Assembly (NCBI RefSeq): GCF_006345805.1
Contig: NC_043013.1
Coordinates: forward strand, 8,618,001-8,682,000
Source: Octopus sinensis
Taxonomy: Eukaryota
DNA: 64,000 nucleotides
Direction: 5' to 3'
A program made the translations under genes and the position numbers. Position 1 is the stretch's first letter, and each line of letters opens with the position of its first letter. This document shows positions 1-12,127 of the stretch, piece after piece. The notes under the pieces are model-generated. The model was not told the origin of the DNA. It did not search any database and saw only the letters and a program-made list of their open reading frames with translations.

Positions 1-371
1 ATTGTAACTACGTATCTTATACATAGTGTCTATCTTTGACTATGAGCGGGAAAAAGTGACTGGTAGTAAGAAACGAGGGAAGGTAATCATCTCGAGATAG
101 ATTTATCATCTGCTGATATCTGTCTTCTTTCCTTTACTATTAACAGACGTTAATTTCCTGTGTTTCAGGCCGTTGCAATGACCATTAACAAAGCGCATAT
201 ATTTTTACTAAATTTTATAGTAATTTTCAATTGGCCTACTCCTTCCAGTGTTATCACAGTACCATCACAGGTCAAATTATATTTAAACTGTCGGCCAGGC
301 TAGGTCTAAATTATTGTATAAAATAAAATGTTCTGCATTCAGTTGTGTAACTGGGGCGGGAGTTGAGGCAG

Positions 372-792
372 GGATCTTTTCGGTTTGAACGGCAGTTTTT
401 AAAAATAATTTCCACTTAACTAAACACTTTTAAACTTCGTATACTGGTAGAATGTGTTTATAAACCATCTTTTTTTCCCTTGGACTTTATTGAGAAAATT
501 CTATAGTTTGTAAGATATTTGTTGTTGTTTTTTCTTCAATTTCTGCAATTTCAACCAATCACTGACGTCCATTGAGGTAAAAAAAAAACCCTTCTGTGCC
601 GTATGAATATGTCCCTCGTTTAAGAAACAGATTGGGTTTATTTACATTTGTGAAGAAAAAAAGATACCCTTCCCCCCACCCCTAACCCTAAAACAGATTG
701 AAATGCAATAGATCGATACTAGGGTCATAATTATGGGTGACAATTTCATATGACACCGCTAGAAATAACTGCCGTTCAAACCGAAAAGATCC
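372..792. mobile_element. MITE with GG-starting TIRs and 8-bp TSD (Merlin-like, superfamily inferred)
   Basis: TIRs GGATCTTTTCGGTTTGAACGGCAGTT / AACTGCCGTTCAAACCGAAAAGATCC; flanks TGAGGCAG / AGAGGCAG; second copy at 10841-11250. Confidence 0.8.
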
Positions 793-2789
793 AGAGGCAG
801 GAGCAACACGCCCTGGGTGACGCTTTTAGGGAAGTGGTGGTGGGAGAGGGGTGCGTTTCGATCTGCTGCATAAGCCTATATAGAGGAACGGGACAGCAGA
901 TTTCGAGTGCTGCCCCTGGCGGTATACTCACTCTAGGCTGCACCACTATCTATCTTTAAAACCTATTGAGTTGTTTGACCATCCGACTCCCTTGTTCGTC
1001 ATGTTCTACGATCCTTCATGTATACCTGTGACTATCTTCTTCCACCCTAATTCCTCTTTCTCACTCTCTCACCCTATAAATACTCCTCCAACATTTACCC
1101 ACCTTTACTGATTCTACTGACGTAATGGCAGTTACAAAGGTCGGCATGATTACAAAGGAATATATGCATTCGTATTGCATGAGTGCATGCAACCAAACCA
1201 CGTCTAAGTGTTTATACAAATGATAGATACTTTGCTGGTTCGAACAAGAAAGCGTTGTTAATTCGTCAGTAACCGATTTTCATCCTGACAATTTTTTGTA
1301 ATTAAATATGTTTGTATACATTTCAGAGTTTGTTTATTAAATTGCTAATTTAGACAGATGAATATATAAATATACTAAATTATAAGAAATTAGTATTGTT
1401 TTCTTTCATTAATACTGAACTCAGTGGCGGCTCATGTATAAACACTGCAGAGCTGCAAATACCCCAATTTCTACTTGATACGATCGATAGCATCCAATAT
1501 AATGAGTCCTTTTTTTTCTTTAGTTCTTTCTTTATACTTGTACATTATATAATCCTTAAGCTCAATGCCAGTAGCCACCTCCTAGATTATGAAAAAAATA
1601 CAGAAGTCCTTGTATAGAACTATGTGCTTCACAGTTCCAGCAATGAAGTGTTTAGTTGTTGTGCGCACGCTCACATGTCTGAGATAGGAAGCTTCACACT
1701 AGGGAGAGAGAGCACTATGTGAAAAACAGTGCCAGGTAAAAGGTACTTTTTCTTTTTGACTCCGCGTGTGTTGTGCTTAAAAACGTGTTTATATTCTTGA
1801 ATGTAATAAAGTGTAGAATTAGATTATTATCCTACTTCTAGCTTCAGTGTTGCTGCCAGGATTTGAAAAAAGGGCAGACTTTCCTTCCTTATTTTGTGAT
1901 TTAAGGGGGATTTTTGAAAAACAAGAATTCGCGAAGGTGTTCAGTAAACAAATTAAACACACTATCCGGCAGTGGCTAAAACGCGAACCGATCAAGTTTA
2001 TGTATAAATTTTCTTTTTATGTTTGTTTCCTTTTGCACAATATCAAAACAACGGCTAAAAATTTTCTAAAGCAGCATCCCCACTAATTTTATCTACGAGC
2101 CATCACTGATTGAACTAATGGTTTCTACTTTAGACACTAGGTGAGCAATTTTGAAGGGGAGGAATTAATCGATCATGTCGACTTAGTACTTACCTGGTAC
2201 TTTGTATTATCGTCCACGAAAGGATGAAAAGCTTAGTTGACTTCAGATTGGCTTAGACTGAAAACGTAAGGAATCGGAACAAAATGTACTTTGAGGTGTT
2301 TGTTCTGGCTCTTTCATTGTATTTCCTCATGACCAGACATGTTTTCGCGGCAGACTGGAAACGAATGACACTCCTGTAACATTTGTTTACAATTCTCAAA
2401 CGATGTCAAAACAAGGCGACATCAACTCACAACACATACGCGCGCATGCGTATGCAAACACATATGCATGTATCCTATCTGATTCGAAATCTCGTCAAGG
2501 TCAACTTTGCCTCTCATTCTTTGAGGATCTATAGAAATAAAGTACTAGGGAGTACTGGAGTCTAATAACATCCTCTCATCGTGATTATTGGCCTTGTACC
2601 TAAATTGCAAAACATTGATACCCAAACCAATTCATCCTGAAAGATGTATAACAAGAACTTTTTTTCATATTTATGTTAATAGCTGTTTAGAACGAACTCT
2701 CGGTACTTAGTGTTGATATGCTTCAGAGATACTTTTTAATGTACAGAATATAGAAAGAAAATCTCCTTCAGTCACGAATGACTATGGAA

Positions 2790-3097
2790 TTGCACCTGGA
2801 AAGCTTCCCTCCGAGGTACAGGTCCGGGGAAGGTTATTAGTGGTAGATCAGTGATCGTCCATGCATACCAGTCTCCTTTCTCTACACCAGCGATTTTGTC
2901 CAAAGGAAAGGCAAAGGCCGATACAGTTTGGTACCAGTGATGTTCCAACTCATTTCTACAGTTGAGTGAACTGGAGATACGTGAAATAAAGTATCTTGCT
3001 TTAGAACACAGCACACAATACACAGTCCGGTCCGGGAATTACATCCACATCACGATTGATAGCTCGACGCTCTAACCGCTAAGCCATTCGCTTCCAC
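2790..3097 (-). mobile_element. tRNA-derived SINE (family E)
   Basis: Reverse-complement homolog of copies at 16481-16790 and 40358-40672; tRNA-like head at right end. Confidence 0.7.
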
Positions 3098-3116
3098 TGT
3101 AAAGTACACAGCTAGT

Positions 3117-3500
3117 GGAGGCGCAATGGCCCAGTGGTTAGGGCAGCGGACTCGCGGTCATAGGATCGCGGTTTCGATTCCCAGACCGGGCGTTGTGAGT
3201 GTTTATTGAGCGAAAACACCTAAAAGTTCCACGAGGCTCCAGCGGGGGATGGTGGTGATCCCTGCTGTACTCTTTCACGACAACTTTCTCTCACTCTTAC
3301 TTCCTGTTTCTGTTGTACCTGTATTTCAAAGGGCCGGCCTTGTCACTCTCTGTGTCACGCTGAATATCCCCGAGAACTACGTTAAGGGTACACGTGTCTG
3401 TGGAGTGCTCAGCCACTTACACGTTAATTTCACGAGCAGGCTGTTCCGTTGATTCGGATCAACCGGAACCCTTGTCGTCGTAACCGACGGAGTGCTTCCA
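3117..3500 (+). mobile_element. Young tRNA-derived SINE (family D)
   Basis: Head GGAGGCGCAATGGCCCAGTGGTTAGGGC...GGTTTCGATTCCC (A/B boxes); 12-bp TSD AAAGTACACAGC at 3101-3112 and 3500-3511; near-identical copy at 51397. Confidence 0.9.
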
Positions 3501-3981
3501 AAGTACACAGCAAATTAAAATTCGTTTTTTGTGATATAATTTTGGTGTTTGCAGCTTTGAGAATAATCATTCAGGAACAAAATTTATTCGGAAGTTTTGG
3601 GGTAAAAGTTGTTTCTTTTCTTCAGAATACCGCTATTATAATTTTATATGGGTTATGTCAATTTATAGTAGCAAGGTCGTCAGAGTCATTAGCGATGGGC
3701 ACGCGCGGACTCTGCCAGACACGTTTTCTCCAAAGGTCGTCTCATTGACTGAACTGCAATCTCGGACGTGTCCATACGTATATACAGCTCTGTCATGTGA
3801 CTTTTAGATGCTCCCTGCAACTTTTTGTTTCGAGGCCCCGTCCCTTCAATCAAAATTCATAATCAGCGCACATTTTATCCATAGCTATATTTTACTTTAT
3901 TCTATCTGAAGTTCAATATTTCACGTTATCCTAAAGAACATCATTAAAAGTACAAGTTAAGTTTATCTAGGCTTATTACAA

Positions 3982-4383
3982 ACTAGCAGTATCGCCCGGC
4001 GTTGCTCGGGTTTGTAAGGGAAGTAACTATATAAGCATTTTTAGAGATGTAAAGTATAATAGCCATCTCAATATGGCTAACCACAAGGGGGGGGAGTTAC
4101 TGTAGCTTTTTACGTTCTGAGATTTAATAATAAATTTTTAGAGAGTTACTTCCCTTATATAAACCGAGCGAAAATGCATTAAAAATGTGAAAAATTGATG
4201 GTAATTTTTTTTTTAATCGTAGACTCATCGTAGACGCGCGCTAATACCCAGAAGGGCTCGATATGAATCACGACTATAAGATACCCGCTTTTGGTTACAC
4301 TGCACCGCAAAATGTGGCAGTAGTTAGGAATCTAAATCGGAGGAGACAGACTCTCACACAACTTCAGTTTTATATATAAAGAT
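3982..4383 (+). mobile_element. Non-autonomous Helentron/Helitron-like element
   Basis: Starts ACTAGCAGTATCGCCCGGCGTTGCTCGGG, ends TTTTATATATAAAGAT; no TSD seen; two reverse copies at 11730 and 12724. Confidence 0.65.
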
Positions 4384-4980
4384 TTGAATAAGTAAAACTT
4401 CCAGATATGAATAGAAGAGCACTTTTATAACCCAGGCAACTTTCAAAGACAAACTCAGCGCAATTTTCGCTTCGCGAAATCATCGATCAGTTCAGAATAA
4501 TCAAGCTGAGAGCTAAGTTCGTGTTCAATTGATATCATAGACAATCCACAAAGTCTGGTACACATTCGTGGTACAATGTCATATTTTTACAAGAACTTTT
4601 GCAGGTACAATGTATTACAATTTTATTTCTTGAAATTTTCAGTTAACATGGATAGTTTAATTTTTGTTCAACACAGGCGCAGGAGTGGCTGTGTAGTAAG
4701 TAGCTTGTTTAACAACCACATGGTTCCGGGTTCTACTATAGCCTCGGGCCAACCAATGCCTTGTGAGTGGATTTGGTAGACGGAAACTGAAAGAAGCCCG
4801 TCGTATATATGTATATATATATATATATATATACAAAAAGCAATAAAGATTCAAGTCAATTTTAATGAATTTACTTGAATATGGTACCTAACTTAGATGC
4901 ACCAAAAAACTATACGGTTTTAACCATACAGTAATGTGGGGTGATTATAAGCGAGAAAGAAGCAACAAGAATGGATAAGT

Positions 4981-5071
4981 TTTTAGTACAATCGTTTCAT
5001 ACAAAGACAGGCTTTATTAAAAGTTGCAAAAATTGCAGCATATAAACGTGTCCCGTACTCATCAGCTAAAA
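4981..5071 (-). ncRNA. Type I hammerhead ribozyme, mirror copy
   Basis: Exact reverse complement of 5167-5257. Confidence 0.8.
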
Positions 5072-5166
5072 TACATGTGAGTTCTCTAGACATCTTAGTG
5101 GTTGAGGCTATACTCATGAAGTAATGTAGATAATTAAGTAACATAAACAGATTTCCAAAGTTCGTA

Positions 5167-5257
5167 TTTTAGCTGATGAGTACGGGACACGTTTATATGC
5201 TGCAATTTTTGCAACTTTTAATAAAGCCTGTCTTTGTATGAAACGATTGTACTAAAA
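5167..5257 (+). ncRNA. Type I hammerhead ribozyme, intact core
   Basis: Stem I TTTTAG(5167-72)/CTAAAA(5252-57); CTGATGA 5173-79; stem II GTAC/GTAT with long extension; GAAA 5240-43; stem III AC-GATT-GT; UH = TA 5250-51. Confidence 0.8.
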
Positions 5258-5686
5258 ACTTATCCATTCTTGTTGCTTCTTTCTCGCGTATATATATATA
5301 TATATATATATATGCGTGTGTGTCTGTGTTTGTCCCCGGTTCGGCAAAAGAGACCGATAGAATAAGTACTGGGCTTACACAAGAATAAGTCCCGGGGTCG
5401 AGTTGCTCGATTAAAGGCGGTGCTCCAGCATGGCCGCAGTCAAAATGACCGAAACAAGTAAAAAAAAATAAAAAGAAAAAATAAAAAGAATCTTAACCAA
5501 AGTAAATAGATGACTCATCTACGAGTGGGGGGGTGCAGGGGATTAGCGACAGCCCTGTATATATTGCGGATATATATGTGTAAATGCATGTGTGTTTGTG
5601 CATAGCATCAACTATGCAACCTTAAGTGTGTGTCTGTTTCTGAGTATATCGACTTCGCATTTATAAATATCACACACACACACACA

Positions 5687-5882
5687 CGAGGGGCTGCTGA
5701 AAAGTTCCTGGCTTTGGGTTTTAAAAATGCAGGAGGATTAGTTAATTATGATTTTATTCAACATATTTCCTTCTGAGATTCACACACTTATTGCTGCGGT
5801 CTTCAGTTTTTCTAAGCCTTGTAAAAGAATTAAACCAGACCTTTTACGATATCCTTAAAGCCAGGAACTTCTCAGCACCCAC
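5687..5882. mobile_element. Mariner-type MITE
   Basis: TIRs CGAGGGGCTGCTGAAAAGTTCCTGGCTTT / AAAGCCAGGAACTTCTCAGCACCC. Confidence 0.75.
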
Positions 5883-6039
5883 TTCCCCATATATATATAT
5901 TTGCTAAGGTACCCCCACACCACTCCTTTAATTCTACTACTGCCTGCTACTAGCCATTGTCCACCATACACACACATACACACACACGCACATACACGCA
6001 CACACACCCTTGTCATCTCGCACACCTTTTTTACCATTC

Positions 6040-6313
6040 CTTCTTTGATTCAGCTCTCCTGTCTTTAAAAACATTTTCCTCCTTTTTTACCACTTCCGTC
6101 TTTTTAGTATGTGACCTCGTGAAGACTACCTGCAATTTTTTTTCCTCTCTCCTCCCACCTCGGGATCTTTCTTTCTCCTATGTTTCCGACGAAGAGCTCC
6201 GCTCGAAACGTCATACCCTCCTTCTTCCCTTCTTTCCTGAGCGTCCAATAATACTTTATTTGTTCCACATCCTTGCGTTGTTGTCTTTTTGTTTTCTTGT
6301 TTGGATTAACTTA

Positions 6314-6315
<2 letters not shown>
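6040..6315 (+). mobile_element. Penelope-type terminal fragment with degenerate minimal hammerhead (6181-6216)
   Basis: CCGACGA-A-GAGC-TCC-GCTC-GAAACGTC; downstream TTCCTGAGCG...AATAC..TT.TTTG shared with the minus-strand units at 6808-7227; ends in (TA)n; left boundary approximate. Confidence 0.55.
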
Positions 6316-6380
<65 letters not shown>

Positions 6381-6403
6381 TATATATATAATATATATAT
6401 ATA

Positions 6404-6643
6404 CAGGGTGGCCCAAAAGCAGGTTTATTGTTATCACGTAGGCACTTTAAATTTCTTTTAAAGCATTTTATTACACTTAAATTTCTATCTTACAAACTGA
6501 AAAGGGAACTTGACAAAATTAACTAAATTAGCACAGAATAATGGTTTCATGTTTTTTTAATAATTAAGATCTATTAATATATAAACTGCTAATATATGAA
6601 TGCGAAAGAGATAGTTGAATAAACTTACTTTTGGACCACCCTG
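6404..6643. mobile_element. Tc1-type MITE
   Basis: TIRs CAGGGTGGCCCAAAAG / CTTTTGGACCACCCTG inserted at TA. Confidence 0.8.
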
Positions 6644-6753
6644 TGTATATACATACTAACACAGGTATAAATCCGCAGGCCTTCGACCTGTGACTAGTTT
6701 GTTAAGTATCAACGTACGAAACACTCGGCCCTTGAGTCACTCTGTTACTTCTG

Positions 6754-6806
<53 letters not shown>

Positions 6807-6807
6807 A

Positions 6808-6998
6808 TATATAAAGGGAAAGTTTACGAAAATAAACCAAAGACGAAGGCAGGCGGAGTACAAACAAACAAATGTATTAGTATAGCGCTCAGGAATAGAA
6901 AAAGTCTTTTACGTTTCGAGCCTACGCTCTTCGACAGAAAAAAAAACAAGGAGAGAAACAAGGAGAGAAAAAAATGCGTGTAGGAGCTAACGATCTAT

Positions 6999-7040
<42 letters not shown>

Positions 7041-7225
7041 AAGGGAAAGTTTACGAAAATAAACCAAAGACGAAGGCAGGCGGAGTACAAACAAACAAAT
7101 GTATTAGTATAGCGCTCAGGAATAGAAAAAGTCTTTTACGTTTCGAGCCTACGCTCTTCGACAGAAAAAAAAACAAGGAGAGAAACAAGGAGAGAAAAAA
7201 ATGCGTGTAGGAGCTAACGATCTAT

Positions 7226-7260
<35 letters not shown>
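6808..7260 (-). repeat. Tandem dimer of a 227-bp unit, each with a minimal hammerhead motif (6905-6942, 7132-7169)
   Basis: Two identical unique parts separated by (TG)n; minus strand TTTT-CTGTCGA-A-GAGC-GTAG-GCTC-GAAACGTA-AAAG. Confidence 0.75.
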
Positions 7261-7262
<2 letters not shown>

Positions 7263-7742
7263 TTACACTATTGTATGTGTGTGCGTGTGTACGTATCTAC
7301 CTACCTGGAGTGACAGTACAAATGCGCTGCATTGCTAGTAGCCAAATCATTCCCGAACCTGCTATTGCACCTTGTTAATACTGTCAGGCCAGATATAGTT
7401 TACCACTGAAAAGGTTCAATAGACCTCCGAACTGCTTGGCCTTGCAATCATCAAGTATTGGAAGCGGGGTCAATCCGATTGATTATATTGTCGCCTTGTG
7501 CTGATGTTAGAAATCATTATTTTCAGAATGGTGGATGGCAGAATTAGTAGAGAACCGGACAAACTGCTTTGTGGTATAACTTACTTTATTCATTGTTGCC
7601 GGTTGCATAAAATATAGACGAATTTTCATGTTAAGCTTGTAAACAGAATCCAGCATAATAAGAATGCAATACAAACACGAAGGTTGTTAAATTTCTAAAG
7701 AAACTAACAATTAAACTTCAACAATTGTTATCCGTGTATTTA

Positions 7743-10223
7743 AGAATGATTTTAAGTAATTATGAAATTTATAATTATCTCTCTATATATAAAACTGAGA
7801 ATGCGTGTGTGTGTCTGTCTGTCTGTTTCCCTAAAACTTGAGAACTACACAACCAATTTCATTCAAATTTTACATATGCTTTACTTTAACTTTTTGCCTA
7901 GGGCGAGCCCACAGCAATATCATATCTTTTCCACTACGATTCCCTAAAACTTGAGAACTACACAACCAATTTCATTCAAATTTTACACATGCCTTACTAG
8001 TTTTATTTTGTCTTTATGAATGATTTTAAGTAATTATGAAATTTATAATTATCTCTATATATATAAAACTGAGAATGTGTGTGTGTGTCTGTCTGTCTGT
8101 TTCCCTAAAACTTGAGAACTACACAACCAATTTCATTCAAATTTTACATATGCTTTACTTTAACTTTTTGCCTAGGGCGAGCCCACAGCAATATCACATC
8201 TTCTCCACTACGATTCCCTAAAACTTGAGAACTACACAACCAATTTCATTCAAATTTTACATATGCTTTACTTTAACTTTTTGCCTAGGGCGAGCCCACA
8301 GCAATATCATATCTTCTCCACTACGATTCCCTAAAACTTGAGAACTACACAACCAATTTCATTCAAATTTTACATATGCTTTACTTTAACTTTTTGCCTA
8401 GGGCGAGCCCACAGCAATATCATATCTTTTCCACTACAATTCCCTAAAACTTGAGAACTACACAACCAATTTCATTCAAATTTTACACATGCCTTACTAG
8501 TTTTATTTTGTCTTTAAGAATGATTTTAAGTAATTATGAAATTTATAATTATCTCTATATATATAAAACTGAGAATGTGTGTGTGTGTCTGTCTGTCTGT
8601 TTCCCTAAAACTTGAGAACTACACAACCAATTTCATTCAAATTTTACATATGCTTTACTTTAACTTTTTGCCTAGGGCGAGCCCACAGCAATATCATATC
8701 TTCTCCACTACGATTCCCTAAAACTTGAGAACTACACAACCAATTTCATTCAAATTTTACACATGCCTTACTAGTTTTATTTTGTCTTTAAGAATGATTT
8801 TAAGTAATTATGAAATTTATAATTATCTCTATATATAAAACTGAGAATGTGTGTGTGTGTCTGTCTGTCTGTTTCCCTAAAACTTGAGAACTACACAACC
8901 AATTTCATTCAAATTTTACATATGCTTTACTTTAACTTTTTGCCTAGGGCGAGCCCACAGCAATATCATATCTTTTCCACTACGATTCCCTAAAACTTGA
9001 GAACTACACAACCAATTTCATTCAAATTTTACACATGCCTTACTAGTTTTATTTTGTCTTTAAGAATGATTTTAAGTAATTATGAAATTTATAATTATCT
9101 CTATATATATAAAACTGAGAATGTGTGTGTGTGTCTGTCTGTCTGTTTCCCTTAAACTTGAGAACTACACAACCAATTTCATTCAAATTTTACATATGCT
9201 TTACTTTAACTTTTTGCCTAGGGCGAGCCCACAGCAATATCATATCTTCTCCACTACGATTCCCTAAAACTTGAGAACTACACAACCAATTTCATTCAAA
9301 TTTTACATATGCTTTACTTTAACTTTTTGCCTAGGGCGAGCCCACAGTAATATCATATCTTTTCCACTACGATTCCCTAAAACTTGAGAACTACACAACC
9401 AATTTCATGCAAATTTTACACATGCCTTACTAGTTTTATTTTGTCTTTAAGAATGATTTTAAGTAATTATGAAATTTATAATTATCTCTATATATATAAA
9501 ACTGAGAATGTGTGTGTGTGTCTGTCTGTCTGTTTCCCTAAAACTTGAGAACTACACAACCAATTTCATTCAAATTTTACATATGCTTTACTTTAACTTT
9601 TTGCCTAGGGCGAGCCCACAGCAATATCATATCTTTTCCACTACGATTCCCTAAAACTTGAGAACTACACAACCAATTTCATTCAAATTTTACACATGCC
9701 TTACTAGTTTTATTTTGTCTTTAAGAATGATTTTAAGTAATTATGAAATTTATAATTATCTCTATATATATAAAACTGAGAATGTGTGTGTGTGTGTCTG
9801 TCTGTCTGTTTCCCTAAAACTTGAGAACTACACAACCAATTTCATTCAAATTTTACATATGCTTTACCTTAACTTTTTGCCTAGGGCGAGCCCACAGCAA
9901 TATCATATCTTCTCCACTACGATTCCCTAAAACTTGAGAACTACACAACCAATTTCATTCAAATTTTACATATGCTTTACTTTAACTTTTTGCCTAGGGC
10001 GAGCCCACAGCAATATCATATCTTCTCCACTACGATTCCCTAAAACCTGAGAACTACACAACCAATTTCATTCAAATTTTACATATGCTTTACTTTAACT
10101 TTTTGCCTAGGGCGAGCCCACAGCAATATCATATCTTTTCCACTACGATTCCCTAAAACTTGAGAACTACACAACCAATTTCATTCAAATTTTACACATG
10201 CCTTACTAGTTTTATTTTGTCTT
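7743..10223. repeat. Higher-order tandem array A(B)nC, 7 macro-units, 13 copies of a 113-bp B unit
   Basis: CCCTAAAAC-type starts at 7829, 7942, 8103, 8216, 8329, 8442, 8603, 8716, 8875, 8988, 9149, 9262, 9375, 9536, 9649, 9812, 9925, 10038, 10151. Confidence 0.92.
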
Positions 10224-10840
10224 TTTGTCTTCTCTCCTTGTGCTGTTTGAACATTTAATGTGGTTTTAGTGTCAGATTTTGACTGCTATTTCCAGCATGG
10301 CGGTATCTCGTAGATACCCTAAATTATAATTTTAATAATCTATCTATATATATATATATATATAATAATTAGAGACAAAATTTATCCCTAATATTCATTA
10401 TATATATATATATATATAATTATGGGATTGATTTAGGAAAAGTAATGAACTCCAGCGGGCGAAACAAGTAATCCCGCAAGTCTCTGTCAGACTTCTTCCG
10501 AATTAACCTGAGATACCCCGAAACTTTTTATTGAAGTTTCGACTTCTATTGTGTTTCCGTGTTTAAACCATTCAGAAAATTTAATGATATTCGTGTTAAA
10601 CTGATTGTTTCTATAGTAAATTTAATGATGTTCGTTTGAATTGTTTTTATGATTTCTGTTGATATATTTTTTCTTCTTTGAGCCTATAGCAGATTACCCC
10701 CCACGTATCAATTGTTGTTTAGCTTCGTGTAAGAATTGGTCCAGCTGGCCACCGCCTAATCACTTTTTATTTCACTCATCATTGGTAGATTTTAATTTAT
10801 TCAAACGCCTATTAAAACTATTCTAATATACAGGGTTCTT

Positions 10841-11250
10841 GGATCAACTAAACACTTTTAAACTTCGTATACTGGTAGAATGTGTTTATAAAACATCTTT
10901 TTCTCTCTTGGCTTTATTGAGAAAATCCTATAGTTTGTAAGATATTTGTTGTTGTTTTTTCTGCAATTTCTGCAATTTCAACCAATCAATGACGTCTATT
11001 GAGGTGAAAACATTCTGTGCCGTATGAAAATGTCCCTCGTTTAAGAAACAGATTGGGTTTATTTACATTTCTGAAGAAAAAAAAGATACCCTTCCCCACC
11101 CCTAACCCTAACCAACCCTAACTAACCTTAACACTAACCCTAACCCTAGAACAGGTTGAAATGCAATAGATCGATATTAGGGTCATAATTATGGGTGACA
11201 ATTTCAAATGACACCGCTAGAAAAAACTGCCGGTCAAACGGAAAAGATCC
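10841..11250. mobile_element. Second copy of the Merlin-like MITE, left TIR mostly deleted, internal (CCCTAA)-like tract
   Basis: Perfect 8-bp TSD GGGTTCTT (10833-40 and 11251-58); body homologous to 372-792. Confidence 0.85.
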
Positions 11251-11729
11251 GGGTTCTTTTTTTGTTTTGTTTTGTAATTGAAAAGAAAAAAGAAAAGATC
11301 GAAGTTTATGGTTTGAAGACGGGTTGACTTTTGCTGCTATTTCTAACAGATCATTCGTCCGTACAACGTCTTCTTCGTTATTGCTTTGTTATTTCGTTAG
11401 TTGAACTCTGCTTCCTTCCCTCTTTGAGTTCAAAAGAAAACCTACGCCTTACGCTCAGATTTTCACTAAACTTTTCCAAATGCCAGGTAAAGGATGACAG
11501 AAAGAAAGACCACTTAAGTACTAGAGGGGCTGTTTACCCCTCCCTAAAATATATGGCCTTGTCCCTTTAGACTATCATCATTTGTTGTTTAACTTCAGGT
11601 CAGTCCTGGATGTAATTTTCATTTATTCTTGTAAGTTTACTGTTTACATGTTTCTATCTGTGTGTGGAAGCATATTTTCTTTATGCATGGAACAGATATA
11701 ACTGTAAACCCACTTTTGGGCCACCCTAT

Positions 11730-12127
11730 ATCATTATACATAAAAGTGAGGTTGTGTGCTGTCTGTCTCCTACGATTTAGATTCTTAACTACTCCCACAG
11801 TTTGCGGTGCAGTTTAACCAAAACCGGGTATCTTATAGTCGTGATTCATATCGAGCCCTTCTGGGTATTAGCACGCGTCTACGATGAGTCTACGATTTTA
11901 AGAATAATTTACCATCAATTTTTCCCATTTTTAATGCATTTTTGGCATATATAAGGGAAGTAACTCTCTAAAAATTTATTATTAAATCTCAGAACGTAAA
12001 AAGCTACAGTACCCCCCCTCCTTTGTGGTTAGCCATATTGAGATGGCTATTATACTTTACATCTCTAAAAATGCTTATATAGTTATTTCCCTTACAGATA
12101 CGAGCAACGCCGGGCGATACTGCTAGT
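11730..12127 (-). mobile_element. Helentron/Helitron-like element copy
   Basis: Reverse complement of 3982-4383. Confidence 0.7.

Larger units (their letters stand above)
4951..5287. repeat. Perfect 124-bp inverted repeat with 89-bp spacer
   Basis: 4951-5074 is the exact reverse complement of 5164-5287 (checked base by base). Confidence 0.95.
4676..5462 (+). mobile_element. tRNA-derived SINE (family A), split in its internal (TA)n by a ~450-bp insert
   Basis: 5' half 4676-4835 (GGCGCAGGAGTGGCTGTG...), 3' half 5288-5462 (...GGTGCTCCAGCATGGCCGCAGTC...); insert 4836-5287. Confidence 0.85.

Noticed and set aside
1225-1275. Minus-strand CTGACGA...GAAC motif
   Set aside because: GAAA broken and no stem I pairing.
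3117-3195. tRNA gene-like sequence (also 51397 and other SINE heads)
   Set aside because: A/B boxes run straight into a SINE body flanked by a TSD; not a tRNA gene.
6685-6745. CTGTGA...GAAACACTC...GAGTC hammerhead-like motif
   Set aside because: Core has a deletion and the stem III register does not fit.
7762-9930. Repeated 61-aa ORF; superficially CRISPR-like regular array
   Set aside because: ORF is a by-product of the tandem array; units are contiguous with no unique spacers, the DNA is eukaryotic and there are no cas genes.
10425-10472. Hammerhead-like GGGAT...GGCGAAACAAGTAATCCC
   Set aside because: Stem I and GAAA are present but there is no CUGANGA core or stem II.
11095-11150. True telomere or chromosome fusion site
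   Set aside because: Short, degenerate and internal to a TSD-flanked MITE.
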